Source: Deltaproteobacteria bacterium
GTDB taxonomy: Bacteria > Bdellovibrionota_B > Oligoflexia > Oligoflexales > Bog-1112
NCBI GenBank assembly: GCA_947475005.1
Contig: CANJLI010000003.1
Coordinates: forward strand, 32,472-96,471
Reading direction: 5' to 3'
DNA length: 64,000 nt
This document shows, one piece after another, positions 28,517 through 37,555 of the stretch (position 1 is its first letter; each line of letters begins with the position of its first letter). A program made the position numbers and the translations under genes. Below the pieces are notes generated by a model. It saw only the letters and a program-made list of their open reading frames with translations, was not told the DNA's origin and ran no database searches.

Positions 28517-29020
28517 ATGCTGGAATCCTCCCAGACAATGGGATCCCCGCAATCCGAGCGCCCGACTGCTTACCTGCATTTGGCGCATAAGGGTGCTTTT
28601 CGATTGGGTATGTACCGCAACTCCGTAGAAGATGCTTGTATGTTCGTTCTGACCTTTGGATTTTCACAATGGTTCTGGTTTACTCGCGTATTGGCTGAAA
28701 TTGGGTTTCACACCCAACAAAGGCCGACCTCTTTGCGGCGCTACAGCTGGCTCCTCTTCATCCCCGGGATCCATTTGGTTTTGTATTACTGCTTGGCTGC
28801 AAGAATTCGAAGCATGGAAGAAGAAAACGGAGAGGCCACAACCTCCCCATGGGTAGCCATGGGCCTCGCCCTGTTTCCCTTCTTCTCTATCTGGTATTTG
28901 CAAGCAGCCATAAACCGACACTGGGTCTGGCACGTCCACAGTACTCCCGCTGTTAAAGCAGAAGAAGCTCTCACTCCCCTTCTAGAAGCTACCGCGCTTC
29001 TGGCTTCGCAAGGGGGATAA
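28517..29020 (+). CDS. hypothetical integral membrane protein
   Basis: The ORF has several hydrophobic segments. The start at 28517 (MLESSQ) avoids overlap with the divergent mutase gene. The 3' end overlaps the HEPN gene by ~32 nt. Confidence 0.4.
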   Translation: MLESSQTMGSPQSERPTAYLHLAHKGAFRLGMYRNSVEDACMFVLTFGFSQWFWFTRVLAEIGFHTQQRPTSLRRYSWLLFIPGIHLVLYYCLAARIRSMEEENGEATTSPWVAMGLALFPFFSIWYLQAAINRHWVWHVHSTPAVKAEEALTPLLEATALLASQGG

Positions 29021-29417
29021 AGGGAGCGACACCGTGCACGACTTCTTGCGCTTCTGCAATGGCTTGAACAGCATCTTGCTGATCGTAAAATTCCGATGGC
29101 GTCAAATCTTCACTGCCATAAAAAGCAAGCTCACGGTCTCTACGCATTTTTTTAGAAATTTCACCCATCCGTTCCAGTTGAGATTGAATCTCAGGAGGGA
29201 ATGCTGTTTTTTCTTCTCGCAGAATATTTGACACATCATAGGTACGGGGGAACAGAACCCCATACTCCAAAAGAAGAGATTTAAGAGCCAGCTCTACAAT
29301 CTCTTGCGCCTCTCGCACAACATCTGCGTAGCTCTTCTCTTGCAAGAAAATCTCCACGATTTTGAGGCGAATTTTGGAACGAAACATGTAATCCTTGGCT
29401 AGGCTTCGATTTTGCAT
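28989..29417 (-). CDS. HEPN domain protein (toxin partner of MNT/HEPN pair)
   Basis: 142 aa, all-helical. The layout is HEPN-like (AKDYMFRSKIRL..., ...MRRDRELAFYG) and the gene lies immediately downstream of a minimal nucleotidyltransferase gene. Confidence 0.65.
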   Translation of the reverse strand: MQNRSLAKDYMFRSKIRLKIVEIFLQEKSYADVVREAQEIVELALKSLLLEYGVLFPRTYDVSNILREEKTAFPPEIQSQLERMGEISKKMRRDRELAFYGSEDLTPSEFYDQQDAVQAIAEAQEVVHGVAPFIPLAKPEAR

Positions 29418-29432
29418 AACTTCAATCCTCCC

Positions 29433-29990
29433 CTACTCGTGAGATTTTTTTTGTACCCAATACGACTGCCCATGGGTGGATTTTCGCACATATTCACCCG
29501 CAGCAATTTTATAGCGTAGCAGTGGACAAATCCGCGTAAGAATAAAATCTCGCTCATAGAGCACAATGCCATCGAGGGCAATCTCAGCCCATAAAGAGGA
29601 AAGCCCCTCATCTAATGAGGGCAGATGGCTTATATGAACCTCAATCTTCCCAAATTCGTCAGAAGCTGCATCAATACTTGTATAAAGTTTACGCGTCAGA
29701 GACAGACGAGAATCAAGTACAACCAAAATATCGATATCTGATTGAGGCGTCTATTCTCGCCGTGCATAGGAACCATAGAGCAGGATACCTACTAGATCGC
29801 CCGAAGGGAAAAAACTGCGAATTTTTTCAATCTGAACCGGAAGTTGAGCATCAAAACTTCCATATGCGGAGCCCATCAACTTACGGGTACACCACTCGTT
29901 GAAAGAAACCCCCTTCTCAGCAGCCTGAGCCGTAAGAGATCGATGCAACCCCTCGGATGTACGAAGAATAAAACTTGTTTTTGCCTTCAC
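29433..29990 (-). pseudogene. RHH (CopG/HicB-like) + minimal nucleotidyltransferase (MNT) gene interrupted by an in-frame TAG
   Basis: The 79-aa ORF ends ...LLYGSYARRE. After the TAG (29751-29753) the same frame continues TPQSDIDILVVLDS..., reconstituting the GSxxR...SDxD nucleotidyltransferase signature. The downstream piece has no ATG of its own. Confidence 0.65.
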
Positions 29991-30107
29991 GATCCCCCCT
30001 TAATCGCGGCTCAACAGAGAACCTCCGCAATAACCCAATAATTTACAACCCTATACTTTATTGTAAAATGTTCTCCATATATTCAACTCCCATTTGTAAG
30101 GTGCCCT

Positions 30108-30746
30108 ATGAGAAGATGGTTCGCGATTGCGTTATTGTGTCTTCCTACATTTGTTTTTGCGTTTACGCCCCCCTTCGGAACAGCAACAAAAGAAGAAAGA
30201 GGGGGCAAGAGTATAGGGCACACTCAGCTTACTTATCAAGGCAAGGGCTATTGGAAAAATCCTGCGGGAGAGAAGAGGCACTACTCGGTAACAACAGACG
30301 TATTTCCTTTGTCAGGGCTTGATGGGATTTATGTACTCAATACCTATACAGACGCCCTTACCAAGGACACGTGGTATTTGTTTTTCACGATCTTGAACGA
30401 ATCAAACGGATTTGCAAGCGTATGGATGGACGGTGTTCCTGAAGGCGTTGGCTATTGCTTTCCACTCTCTGGACCTGCAACCAATCCAAATAAGAAATGC
30501 CACATGAGCATTCTATCACCGGAAGGCCACCTGGAACAAACCGTAGTGGTCAATGGCAATAACCTGCTGGTATTTGGCTCTCAGCAAAACATGCAAGGTA
30601 TCGTGGCTTGGAAACAAGGGCTTTCAGATGTGAACCCTCCTATGCCTCAGGTCCCGCAGCTTCCTCCTCCTATGCCTCAGGTCCCGCAGCTTCCTCCTAT
30701 GCCTCAGGTCCCGCAGCTTCCTCCCTTTCCGGAGCTTTCTCCCTAA
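30108..30746 (+). CDS. hypothetical secreted protein with C-terminal Pro-rich tandem repeats
   Basis: 212-aa ORF with signal peptide MRRWFAIALLCLPTFVFA. The C-terminus carries three PPMPQVPQLPP repeats. Confidence 0.55.
   Translation: MRRWFAIALLCLPTFVFAFTPPFGTATKEERGGKSIGHTQLTYQGKGYWKNPAGEKRHYSVTTDVFPLSGLDGIYVLNTYTDALTKDTWYLFFTILNESNGFASVWMDGVPEGVGYCFPLSGPATNPNKKCHMSILSPEGHLEQTVVVNGNNLLVFGSQQNMQGIVAWKQGLSDVNPPMPQVPQLPPPMPQVPQLPPMPQVPQLPPFPELSP
30636..30724 (+). repeat. tandem repeat, 3 units of 27-30 bp (CCTATGCCTCAGGTCCCGCAGCTTCCT)
   Basis: Read directly from the sequence. The repeat is in-frame within the 30108..30746 CDS. Confidence 0.9.
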
Positions 30747-30836
30747 CTAATCTACCCTCTACTATTTCTTTCAGCCGTTGATGATATATTCCAAGGAGCC
30801 TTGAATTCTCTGCTTGAAGCAGTTAATTTTCAGTCC

Positions 30837-31502
30837 TTAGCGCTCTTCGCAATCAGTTTCCTCCACCACAGGGCTATCTGCCACAGGACCCTCTATCTCT
30901 CTCGTTCTGTCTATAAACTGATGAAGCTCGCGATCGTGGGCTACCAGATTCGAATTATACTCTCGAAGCGCGGCGCAACGTTGTTCAAGCCCTTGAATGG
31001 AAAATTGAAGATCAGAGTTTTCCTCTGCAAGTTCTTTTATTTTTCCCTTCAGCTCTTCAGGCTGGGCTTGATCTTCTTCTTCACCAGATGACTGCAGTCG
31101 TAACTGAACTTCCTTCACAGGTATAATTGCGTGATCTGCAACAACCTTTTCTACTTGCGTATCTTTTATACAAATTCTTCTCAGACTTTGTAAATTGCCT
31201 TCTAACTGAAGCTCTACAGGCCCAGGAATTTCTTGCAATGAAACTGAGTTCAATAGAGGGAGATCTGCCACAACAATCTTAACAGGCTCCTCAGTAGACT
31301 GCTCCTCATCAGGCACCCCACCTTTCACAACAAGTGTTGTAATCTCAGGCTCTCCTCTGATTATATGCTCTGAATCGGTAACCTCAACCACTTTCAAGTT
31401 CTCTGCTGCTCCTGGCAAATCCTCAGCTGCGATCCCCATAAAACCAGGCATACCGGACAACAATCCACCTACGATATAAAAAGGCCATATGCTTCTTCTC
31501 AT
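30837..31502 (-). CDS. membrane-anchored coiled-coil protein, paralog 1 of 3
   Basis: 221 aa with N-terminal anchor MRRSIWPFYIVGGLLSGMPGFMGIAA, an LRR-like central segment (LQEIPGPVELQLEGNLQSLRRICI) and a heptad-rich C-terminus. Confidence 0.55.
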   Translation of the reverse strand: MRRSIWPFYIVGGLLSGMPGFMGIAAEDLPGAAENLKVVEVTDSEHIIRGEPEITTLVVKGGVPDEEQSTEEPVKIVVADLPLLNSVSLQEIPGPVELQLEGNLQSLRRICIKDTQVEKVVADHAIIPVKEVQLRLQSSGEEEDQAQPEELKGKIKELAEENSDLQFSIQGLEQRCAALREYNSNLVAHDRELHQFIDRTREIEGPVADSPVVEETDCEER

Positions 31503-31620
31503 AGGAATACTCCCTAAATAAGAATTTTTTAATGAAGCAAGGATCCGTGCTTATGTCTGGGTATACGCCTCCAAAAAAAGGAGTTCAACTGCAAATTAAG
31601 AAGGGGCGGCGTCCATATAA

Positions 31621-31763
31621 TTTCCGTCATCCCATAAGGCTGCGTAGCAGCCGTATGGGATCTCGATAAAAACGAAGGGGATCCCATACGGTCCCTTCGG
31701 GACCTTGGGATGACGGAAATAGCTCAATTGGGGACACCCGCACCGGGTGTCCCCAATTGAGCT
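31621..31763. repeat. cloverleaf repeat (31621-31719) fused to REP-like hairpin (31721-31763)
   Basis: TTTCCGTCATCCCATAAGG pairs with CCTTGGGATGACGGAAA around three internal hairpins. This is followed by AGCTCAATTGGGGACACCCGCACCGGGTGTCCCCAATTGAGCT. Confidence 0.85.
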
Positions 31764-31862
31764 ATTTCCTAATGCAAAATTGAGAAATAATAGAGCCGAA
31801 GAATGCATCGGGTGTGATTTTTCCAATGATGGATTCAAGGTGAGAGAAGGCTTGTATTTGGC
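31762..31862 (-). pseudogene. duplicated fragment of the mnmE 3' end
   Basis: 31762-31862 aligns by eye at high identity with 33550-33650, which holds the mnmE stop codon and its last ~30 codons. The copy is not attached to any mnmE body. Confidence 0.7.
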
Positions 31863-31887
31863 CCTCAGAAAGCCATACAAGGGATCC

Positions 31888-31941
31888 TAGCCTGGAAACA
31901 AGGACTTTAAGATGTGAACCCTCCTATATCTCAGGTTCCTG
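31888..31941 (+). pseudogene. duplicated fragment of the 3' region of the 30108..30746 gene
   Basis: TAGCCTGGAAACAAGGACTTTAAGATGTGAACCCTCCTATATCTCAGGTTCCTG matches 30604-30656 (TGGCTTGGAAACAAGGGCTTTCAGATGTGAACCCTCCTATGCCTCAGGTCCCG). Confidence 0.65.
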
Positions 31942-32673
31942 TTATTTTCCCAGATCTGGATCCGCTTCCGTAGGTAACTCAGACCGTTGAATCTCTTTGA
32001 TGTGTACCCATAGAGTTGCATTGTATCTCATCAGATCTTTATTGCGACAGGTGAGAAATCCAATCTGCTCTCGAAGTTTCTCATTCTCTGCTTGCAGTCT
32101 CTCGTTATTCTCTCTCAGATTGTGGGTAAGAGATTCATAACTATCAGTATCAGATGGACTTGTAGCAGGAAGCAACTCCACTGCTTCAATCGGAATAATG
32201 GCATTCTCTAGCTCGACTTTTTCCAATTCAGCACCTCTCAAATGGATTCGTCTGAGCCCAGATAAATTTCCTTTTAATTGAAGATTTATGGGCGCTGGAG
32301 TTTGGAGCACAACTTCTTTTAATTTCGGCGAGTCTTCCACAAGCACATTCACCGGTCCCTCAACAGGAGGCACCCCTTGTATAATCAATTTTTCAGTCTC
32401 AAAATCTTTTTTAATCTCAATCTTTGCTGATTTTGCTTTTACTTCCGCTGTTGCCGCATTTATGATTTTAATTTGGGAAGGGCTTCTATGGCATTGGGTA
32501 GGGTTGAGGACAAGTGCAATATCCTCCTCCTCTTCCCCCTCTGACGCAGGCCCATCGACCTCAGGCGGGCATTGCTCCGAGGATAATGCATCTGCGGCAA
32601 CTCCTATAAAACCAGGCACGCCGGACAACAAACCACCCACGACATAAAAAGGCCACCAGCTTTTTTTTCTCAT
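31942..32673 (-). CDS. membrane-anchored coiled-coil protein, paralog 2 of 3
   Basis: 243 aa with anchor MRKKSWWPFYVVGGLLSGVPGFIGVAA, LRR-like segment LQTPAPINLQLKGNLSGLRRIHL and a C-terminal coiled coil. Confidence 0.55.
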   Translation of the reverse strand: MRKKSWWPFYVVGGLLSGVPGFIGVAADALSSEQCPPEVDGPASEGEEEEDIALVLNPTQCHRSPSQIKIINAATAEVKAKSAKIEIKKDFETEKLIIQGVPPVEGPVNVLVEDSPKLKEVVLQTPAPINLQLKGNLSGLRRIHLRGAELEKVELENAIIPIEAVELLPATSPSDTDSYESLTHNLRENNERLQAENEKLREQIGFLTCRNKDLMRYNATLWVHIKEIQRSELPTEADPDLGK

Positions 32674-32709
32674 AAGAAAGTTCCTTCTATTCTTTCATTT
32701 CCAGACCCG

Positions 32710-33381
32710 TTACCGCCTGTCTAGTTCAGACAATTCATTCATTAGGGTTAGGTTATATTGCCGAACAGCTTTGTTAATCAGATCAAGTTCTTGAATCTGC
32801 ATTGAAAATTTAAAATTTTCATTTTGTATAATTTGGAGATTCTTTCGAAGCTCTCCAATGATCGATCGAAGCTCTGAACTAGAGGCCGTGTCTTCATCAG
32901 GGGAGGGTTTACTAAGAGGGAATAGAGAAATCATACTTACAGAAAGGCTCTCAGTCTCCACCTCCACATTCTGTAATTTAATGCCTTTTCCTACTTGAAT
33001 TTGACGAAGATTTAATAAATCACCCTCTAACCTGAGACGAATGGGCCTTGGAATATTTTCAATCTTGATTGATTTCAAAGCTGGCATTTCTGCCAAGACG
33101 ACCTTTATGGGATTATGAAGAGGGACTGGACCTGTAAGCACAAGTTCACTAATATCAGGCTTTTCCTTAACAGCGAATTCCACTGCATCTGGGTTTATTT
33201 GAAAGTGAAGTGTGGATTTTGTCGGACCAGCTGAATCAGGGGTGTCTTCATCATCAGAAGACTTTTCTCCAAGGAGCCGTCGATTAAGGGAACGCTCCGA
33301 TGCCAAAACGCCCATAAAGGCAGGATAACTACTCAAAAAACCACTTAACAGATAAATAGGAACCATGCTTCTTCTTCTCAT
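32710..33381 (-). CDS. membrane-anchored coiled-coil protein, paralog 3 of 3
   Basis: 223 aa with anchor MRRRSMVPIYLLSGFLSSYPAFMGVLA, LRR-like segment IENIPRPIRLRLEGDLLNLRQIQV and a C-terminal coiled coil. Confidence 0.55.
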   Translation of the reverse strand: MRRRSMVPIYLLSGFLSSYPAFMGVLASERSLNRRLLGEKSSDDEDTPDSAGPTKSTLHFQINPDAVEFAVKEKPDISELVLTGPVPLHNPIKVVLAEMPALKSIKIENIPRPIRLRLEGDLLNLRQIQVGKGIKLQNVEVETESLSVSMISLFPLSKPSPDEDTASSSELRSIIGELRKNLQIIQNENFKFSMQIQELDLINKAVRQYNLTLMNELSELDRR

Positions 33382-33549
33382 AGGAATACTCCTGAAATAA
33401 GAAATTTTTTATGAAGCAAGGATCCGTGCTCATGTATGGGTATACGCCTCTGAAAAGGAGAGAGCAAGGGGGGAAATTGGCAGGGAGCTAAAGCAGACTA
33501 TAACGTTTGGAGATCCTTCGCTTGCGCTCAGGATGACGGAGTTACTATC

Positions 33550-34920
33550 CTATTTCCCAATGCAAAATTGAGAAAAGATGGAGTCTAGGATTTCATCGGG
33601 TGTGATTTTTCCAATGATGGATTCGAGGTGAGAGACAGCTTGTTGGATTTCAAATGCTAAACAATCCTCTCCTTCTTCTTGCCAAGTTTGTAAGTAGTGT
33701 TCGAGGTTTTTTGCAGCCTGAGAAATCGCATGCAAGTGCCTTCGGTTACTCAAAAAGCAGTCTCGCCCTCGGCTTTGGGTTACATGGAAATCTACAAACT
33801 CGATCAGTTTGGCTTTCAAAGCATCCAGCCCCTCGCCGCTTCGACAAGACAAGCGTAAGCCTTCGGATTCTTTTGCATGTACGGCACGCACATCGATTTG
33901 GGTGAGAATCAACACATGGTGCTTCGGTTGTAATTTTTCCACCCACTGAGCAAGCTGCAGTTCTACATCCACTGTATCAGCCGGAAAGAGAAACAACACT
34001 ACGTCCGCCTGTTGGGCCTGAGCCACAGAACGCTCAATCCCCATGCTCTCTACCGTCTCTGCAGTAGCACGAATGCCAGCAGTATCGATGAGTCGAATTA
34101 CACGACCGTTAAGGAGCAAAGATTCTTCCAGAAAATCCCTGGTGGTACCCGGCTCTGGACTGATGATGGCTCGCTCGTACTGGAGCAACGTATTGAGCAA
34201 CGTAGATTTTCCCGCATTGGGAGGACCTACGATGGCAACCTGAAGTCCATTTCTGGTAATGGACCCACTCTGGTAACTATCCACCAAGGTTGCCATCTGT
34301 GCTTGTACCTGCAAAACCTCAGGCAGAATTTGCTTCAACTGCAAGCGAGAAGTTTCTTCTTCTTCGGGAAAATCAATCATGGCATTCAAGAGAGACAGTG
34401 TATGTAGCAGTGACTTACGCAACCCAAGCACAGTGCGTTGTAAGGCGCCCGAGGTTAACTGCTGAGCTGCCATCCACTGTTGCTCGGATACGGAATGAAT
34501 GAGGGCATCGATACCCTCTGCCGTTGCCAGATCCATCTTGCCATTTAAGAAAGCCCTACGGGTAAACTCTCCCCCTTCAGCTTGTCGGAAACCAGCTTGG
34601 AGCAAGACATCCATACAGGTACGAATTAGATAAGGACTGCCGTGGAGGTAAATCTCTGCACTGTCCTGTCCCGTATAAGAATGGGGTGCATAGAAGAAAA
34701 CAGCCATAGGCGCATCCAACACACACCCGGTGTGGTCAAGAAACTCGCATAACTGCAACGAACGAGGGGGCCATGTTGGGTCCATGCGCGTGCGCAGATG
34801 GGTTTTGAGAACATCATGACACCCCTCGCCTGAGACGCGAAGGATGGAGATGGCTGCAGCCTCTCTGCCACTTGCAAGGGCTATGATGGGTGCTTGATCA
34901 GGAAGTAGAGGCGTCGTCAT
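33550..34920 (-). CDS. mnmE: tRNA modification GTPase MnmE
   Basis: 456 aa with G1 motif GPPNAGKSTLLN, DTAGIR, and the hallmark C-terminal FCIGK. Confidence 0.95.
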   Translation of the reverse strand: MTTPLLPDQAPIIALASGREAAAISILRVSGEGCHDVLKTHLRTRMDPTWPPRSLQLCEFLDHTGCVLDAPMAVFFYAPHSYTGQDSAEIYLHGSPYLIRTCMDVLLQAGFRQAEGGEFTRRAFLNGKMDLATAEGIDALIHSVSEQQWMAAQQLTSGALQRTVLGLRKSLLHTLSLLNAMIDFPEEEETSRLQLKQILPEVLQVQAQMATLVDSYQSGSITRNGLQVAIVGPPNAGKSTLLNTLLQYERAIISPEPGTTRDFLEESLLLNGRVIRLIDTAGIRATAETVESMGIERSVAQAQQADVVLFLFPADTVDVELQLAQWVEKLQPKHHVLILTQIDVRAVHAKESEGLRLSCRSGEGLDALKAKLIEFVDFHVTQSRGRDCFLSNRRHLHAISQAAKNLEHYLQTWQEEGEDCLAFEIQQAVSHLESIIGKITPDEILDSIFSQFCIGK

Positions 34921-35644
34921 GGGTATAATTCTTGTTAGGGGCTATCATTAGCTTGCGACTGGGGCCGTGTCCCACCGATTGGGTATACACACGAGGATCA
35001 CGATCCAAGGCCATGTGGATCACCTTTCGGTCATACGCATTTCGGTAGTTCAGTGTAATTGGGGCTTTGCTTTGATGCACTTTTTCGGAGGTCTCTTGCG
35101 CAACTTCTAAGAGTTCCCCTTCTCTTTCTTTTCTCGAGCCCAATACATCCACGAATAAACGAAAGGAACATACCCGGTTTTTTGGCATCTTATGGAGAAT
35201 GTGTTCAAAGGCATCGAGCAACTTACTGTTGTGAGAAAAATGAGCCTTGATCCCCTCACTTTGAATATCCAGACAGATGTGATCTTCAGAGATTGTCAAA
35301 ACAACGGGTACACCTTCTGGTTCGAAGAATGCACACAGTTTTTGACACGCCTCTCGCAGTTCTTCTCCCAAAACTTGTAGCTCTTCGGCAGTGGCTGCAG
35401 GCAATCGCTCCCTGCGTGGTTGCTGCGTCGGCGCTGGGTTGGGGCGTCGCTCTTGCCTTTCTTCTCTGTGACGAGGGGCGCGTTTCTTCCATACCTCAAC
35501 GGTGACACGAGCGCCAAAGAGGCCCAAAAAGCCTTTCTTTTGGTGAGTAATCTCGTAGCCCACCTGAGCTTGTGTTACACCAAGTTGACTGGCAGCCTTT
35601 ACCAGCGCTAGCTGCAAGGTTTTTTCTTCTACCACAAGGGTCAT
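34898..35644 (-). CDS. jag: Jag/KhpB-type RNA-binding protein (Jag_N-KH-R3H)
   Basis: The call rests on position after yidC, an N-terminal Jag-like segment (start at MTLVVEEKTLQLAL) and a C-terminal R3H-like region (YDRKVIHMAL). The longest ORF starts at 35707, inside yidC. Confidence 0.8.
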   Translation of the reverse strand: MTLVVEEKTLQLALVKAASQLGVTQAQVGYEITHQKKGFLGLFGARVTVEVWKKRAPRHREERQERRPNPAPTQQPRRERLPAATAEELQVLGEELREACQKLCAFFEPEGVPVVLTISEDHICLDIQSEGIKAHFSHNSKLLDAFEHILHKMPKNRVCSFRLFVDVLGSRKEREGELLEVAQETSEKVHQSKAPITLNYRNAYDRKVIHMALDRDPRVYTQSVGHGPSRKLMIAPNKNYTHDDASTS

Positions 35645-35660
35645 GTCCACACTCCTCTTG

Positions 35661-37319
35661 CTATACGAGTTGAGCCAGCCTTCGGTTGAGCCATCTTTGC
35701 TGGGCAATGGATACGAGGGTGTTGGTCAACATGTAGACCACCAAACCAGCTGGCAAGGTGAGCATCATCGCAGAAAACACCACTGGCATAATCAGCATCA
35801 TCTTTTCTTGGGTTTTATCAAGCCCGGTTGTGGGCGTTAACTTCTGCTGTACGAACATACAGGCTCCCAACAGGAGCGGTGTGATGTAGTACGGATCTGC
35901 TGCAGAGAGATCCTGAATCCAACCTGCAAACGGTGCATGCCGCAATTCGATCGAGGTGGAAAGCACCCGATAGAAAGCGAAAAACACAGGAATCGTCGGT
36001 AAAATCGGCAAGCACCCCTTCATCGGATTGATTTTATGCGCTGACATAAAACGCATAATCTCTTGCTGCTGACGCTGAGGATCATCTTTAAACTTCTCTC
36101 GAATGCGGGTCATCTCTGGGTTGAACTTTTGCATCCGTTTCATGGATACCGCAGCTTGACGGGTCAATGGGTAAAACAAAAACTTCAAGAAAATCGTAAA
36201 GAGAATGATGGCAAGTCCCCAGTTGTGCACCAAACCATGTACGAAGTTCAGAGACTGTAGCAAAGCTCGAGAGATGGTGTTGAAAAACCCAAGATCCACC
36301 GCATGCTCTAACTTGGCGTCATAAGCTTTTAGCAATTCGGGAGATTTAGGGCCCATCCACGCCTTAAATTTCATCTCAACCTTTTGATTAGGCGCAACGC
36401 TGCCTTGGGCCAAAGATTGGGTAATGAGGAGTGGGCAGTGGGTGGTGTGAACCCCCGGTTGTTTTTCAATCTGCAAGGTCAAATTGCCAGACTGAGGCAA
36501 CAGAGCTGCCATGAAATAATGCTTATCAAATCCAACAAGGTCTACATCTTGGTTGGCACCTGCAAACAACGGTTCTGTTTTGTCCGTATCCTTACAATAC
36601 TTTTCAACATCTTCCCAATCGGTCTTGCCGTTGATGGTGCTCACCACAGCAGGCCGGCCTGAAGGCGCGCCTGGCAAGAAGCTGCTCTTTGGACGATGGA
36701 AGGAAATATCCTCACTCAATTTTACAATGGAGTCCAAATTGCGAGAGACCTCTGAGCGGTTTTCCCAGCTGCACGTTAGATCCACTCCATATCCAGAAGC
36801 AGGGATGGTGTAGCGGTGCTCTAACGTCCACTCGGGGGTTGAGCGTGTAAAGACGATAGAAGAATCAGATTCCCTGCGGGCTGCAAACCCTTCGTATAAA
36901 CGAGATTCTCCAGATAAAACCGGTTGAAAAACAAGTTCACTTTCGAGCAGAAGAAGAGGGCCCTTGCGCGCATCATCTTGATACTGCTTGAGGACGACTT
37001 GCTGCACACTTCCCATTTGTTGAGAAAATGTATAGCGAGAAGTTTCGTTTTCTAACGTTAATGCTTCTACAGAGAGCTGCTTTACAGTAGGAGTTGGGGT
37101 GCTGGTAGCAGGCACAGCAGGAGGTACGGTTCCCTCTTGATGCATGGTCGCTGCGGTTCCCAGGGGTACCGCAGAAGACAAGGCAGCTGCAGGCATTTCA
37201 CTCTGCACAGCTGGCTTTGTAAAGCGACTGGGGTATTTTTGGTTTAAGTAATACTCATAGCCAAAATAAAAAATACTACAAAGGGTAATTGCAATAATGC
37301 TTTTGCGGTCCATGTTCAA
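35661..37319 (-). CDS. yidC: membrane protein insertase YidC
   Basis: 552 aa with an N-terminal TM, a large periplasmic domain and the conserved C-terminal 5-TM core (NWGLAIILFTIFLKFLFYPL, MKGCLPILPTIPVFFAFY). Confidence 0.95.
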   Translation of the reverse strand: MNMDRKSIIAITLCSIFYFGYEYYLNQKYPSRFTKPAVQSEMPAAALSSAVPLGTAATMHQEGTVPPAVPATSTPTPTVKQLSVEALTLENETSRYTFSQQMGSVQQVVLKQYQDDARKGPLLLLESELVFQPVLSGESRLYEGFAARRESDSSIVFTRSTPEWTLEHRYTIPASGYGVDLTCSWENRSEVSRNLDSIVKLSEDISFHRPKSSFLPGAPSGRPAVVSTINGKTDWEDVEKYCKDTDKTEPLFAGANQDVDLVGFDKHYFMAALLPQSGNLTLQIEKQPGVHTTHCPLLITQSLAQGSVAPNQKVEMKFKAWMGPKSPELLKAYDAKLEHAVDLGFFNTISRALLQSLNFVHGLVHNWGLAIILFTIFLKFLFYPLTRQAAVSMKRMQKFNPEMTRIREKFKDDPQRQQQEIMRFMSAHKINPMKGCLPILPTIPVFFAFYRVLSTSIELRHAPFAGWIQDLSAADPYYITPLLLGACMFVQQKLTPTTGLDKTQEKMMLIMPVVFSAMMLTLPAGLVVYMLTNTLVSIAQQRWLNRRLAQLV

Positions 37320-37546
37320 GGTATGTCCACTCCACCGGTATGAAAAGGGTTACATTTTGCCAATCGAAGGCTGATTTTCAGGCAGGCACGGGATAAAGAG
37401 TCTTGTTGTAAGCAGCGAGCTGCATATTCAGAACAGGTTGGATAAAATCGGCAACGAGGGGGTAGACAAGGCGAAATCCATCGTTGGTACAGCCGGACTC
37501 CAGCAAGGAAGCATTTTTTGATACCTGCGGGAGCACGGTATTGCAT
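37316..37546 (-). CDS. yidD: membrane protein insertion efficiency factor YidD
   Basis: 76 aa with the motif CRFYPTCSEYA. A 4-nt overlap with yidC supports the call. Confidence 0.85.
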   Translation of the reverse strand: MQYRAPAGIKKCFLAGVRLYQRWISPCLPPRCRFYPTCSEYAARCLQQDSLSRACLKISLRLAKCNPFHTGGVDIP

Positions 37547-37555
37547 GGGGGCCCT

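Noticed and set aside
31596-31880. 94-aa minus-strand ORF.
   Set aside because: It is composed of the cloverleaf/REP repeats plus the out-of-frame mnmE 3' fragment, so it is not an independent gene.
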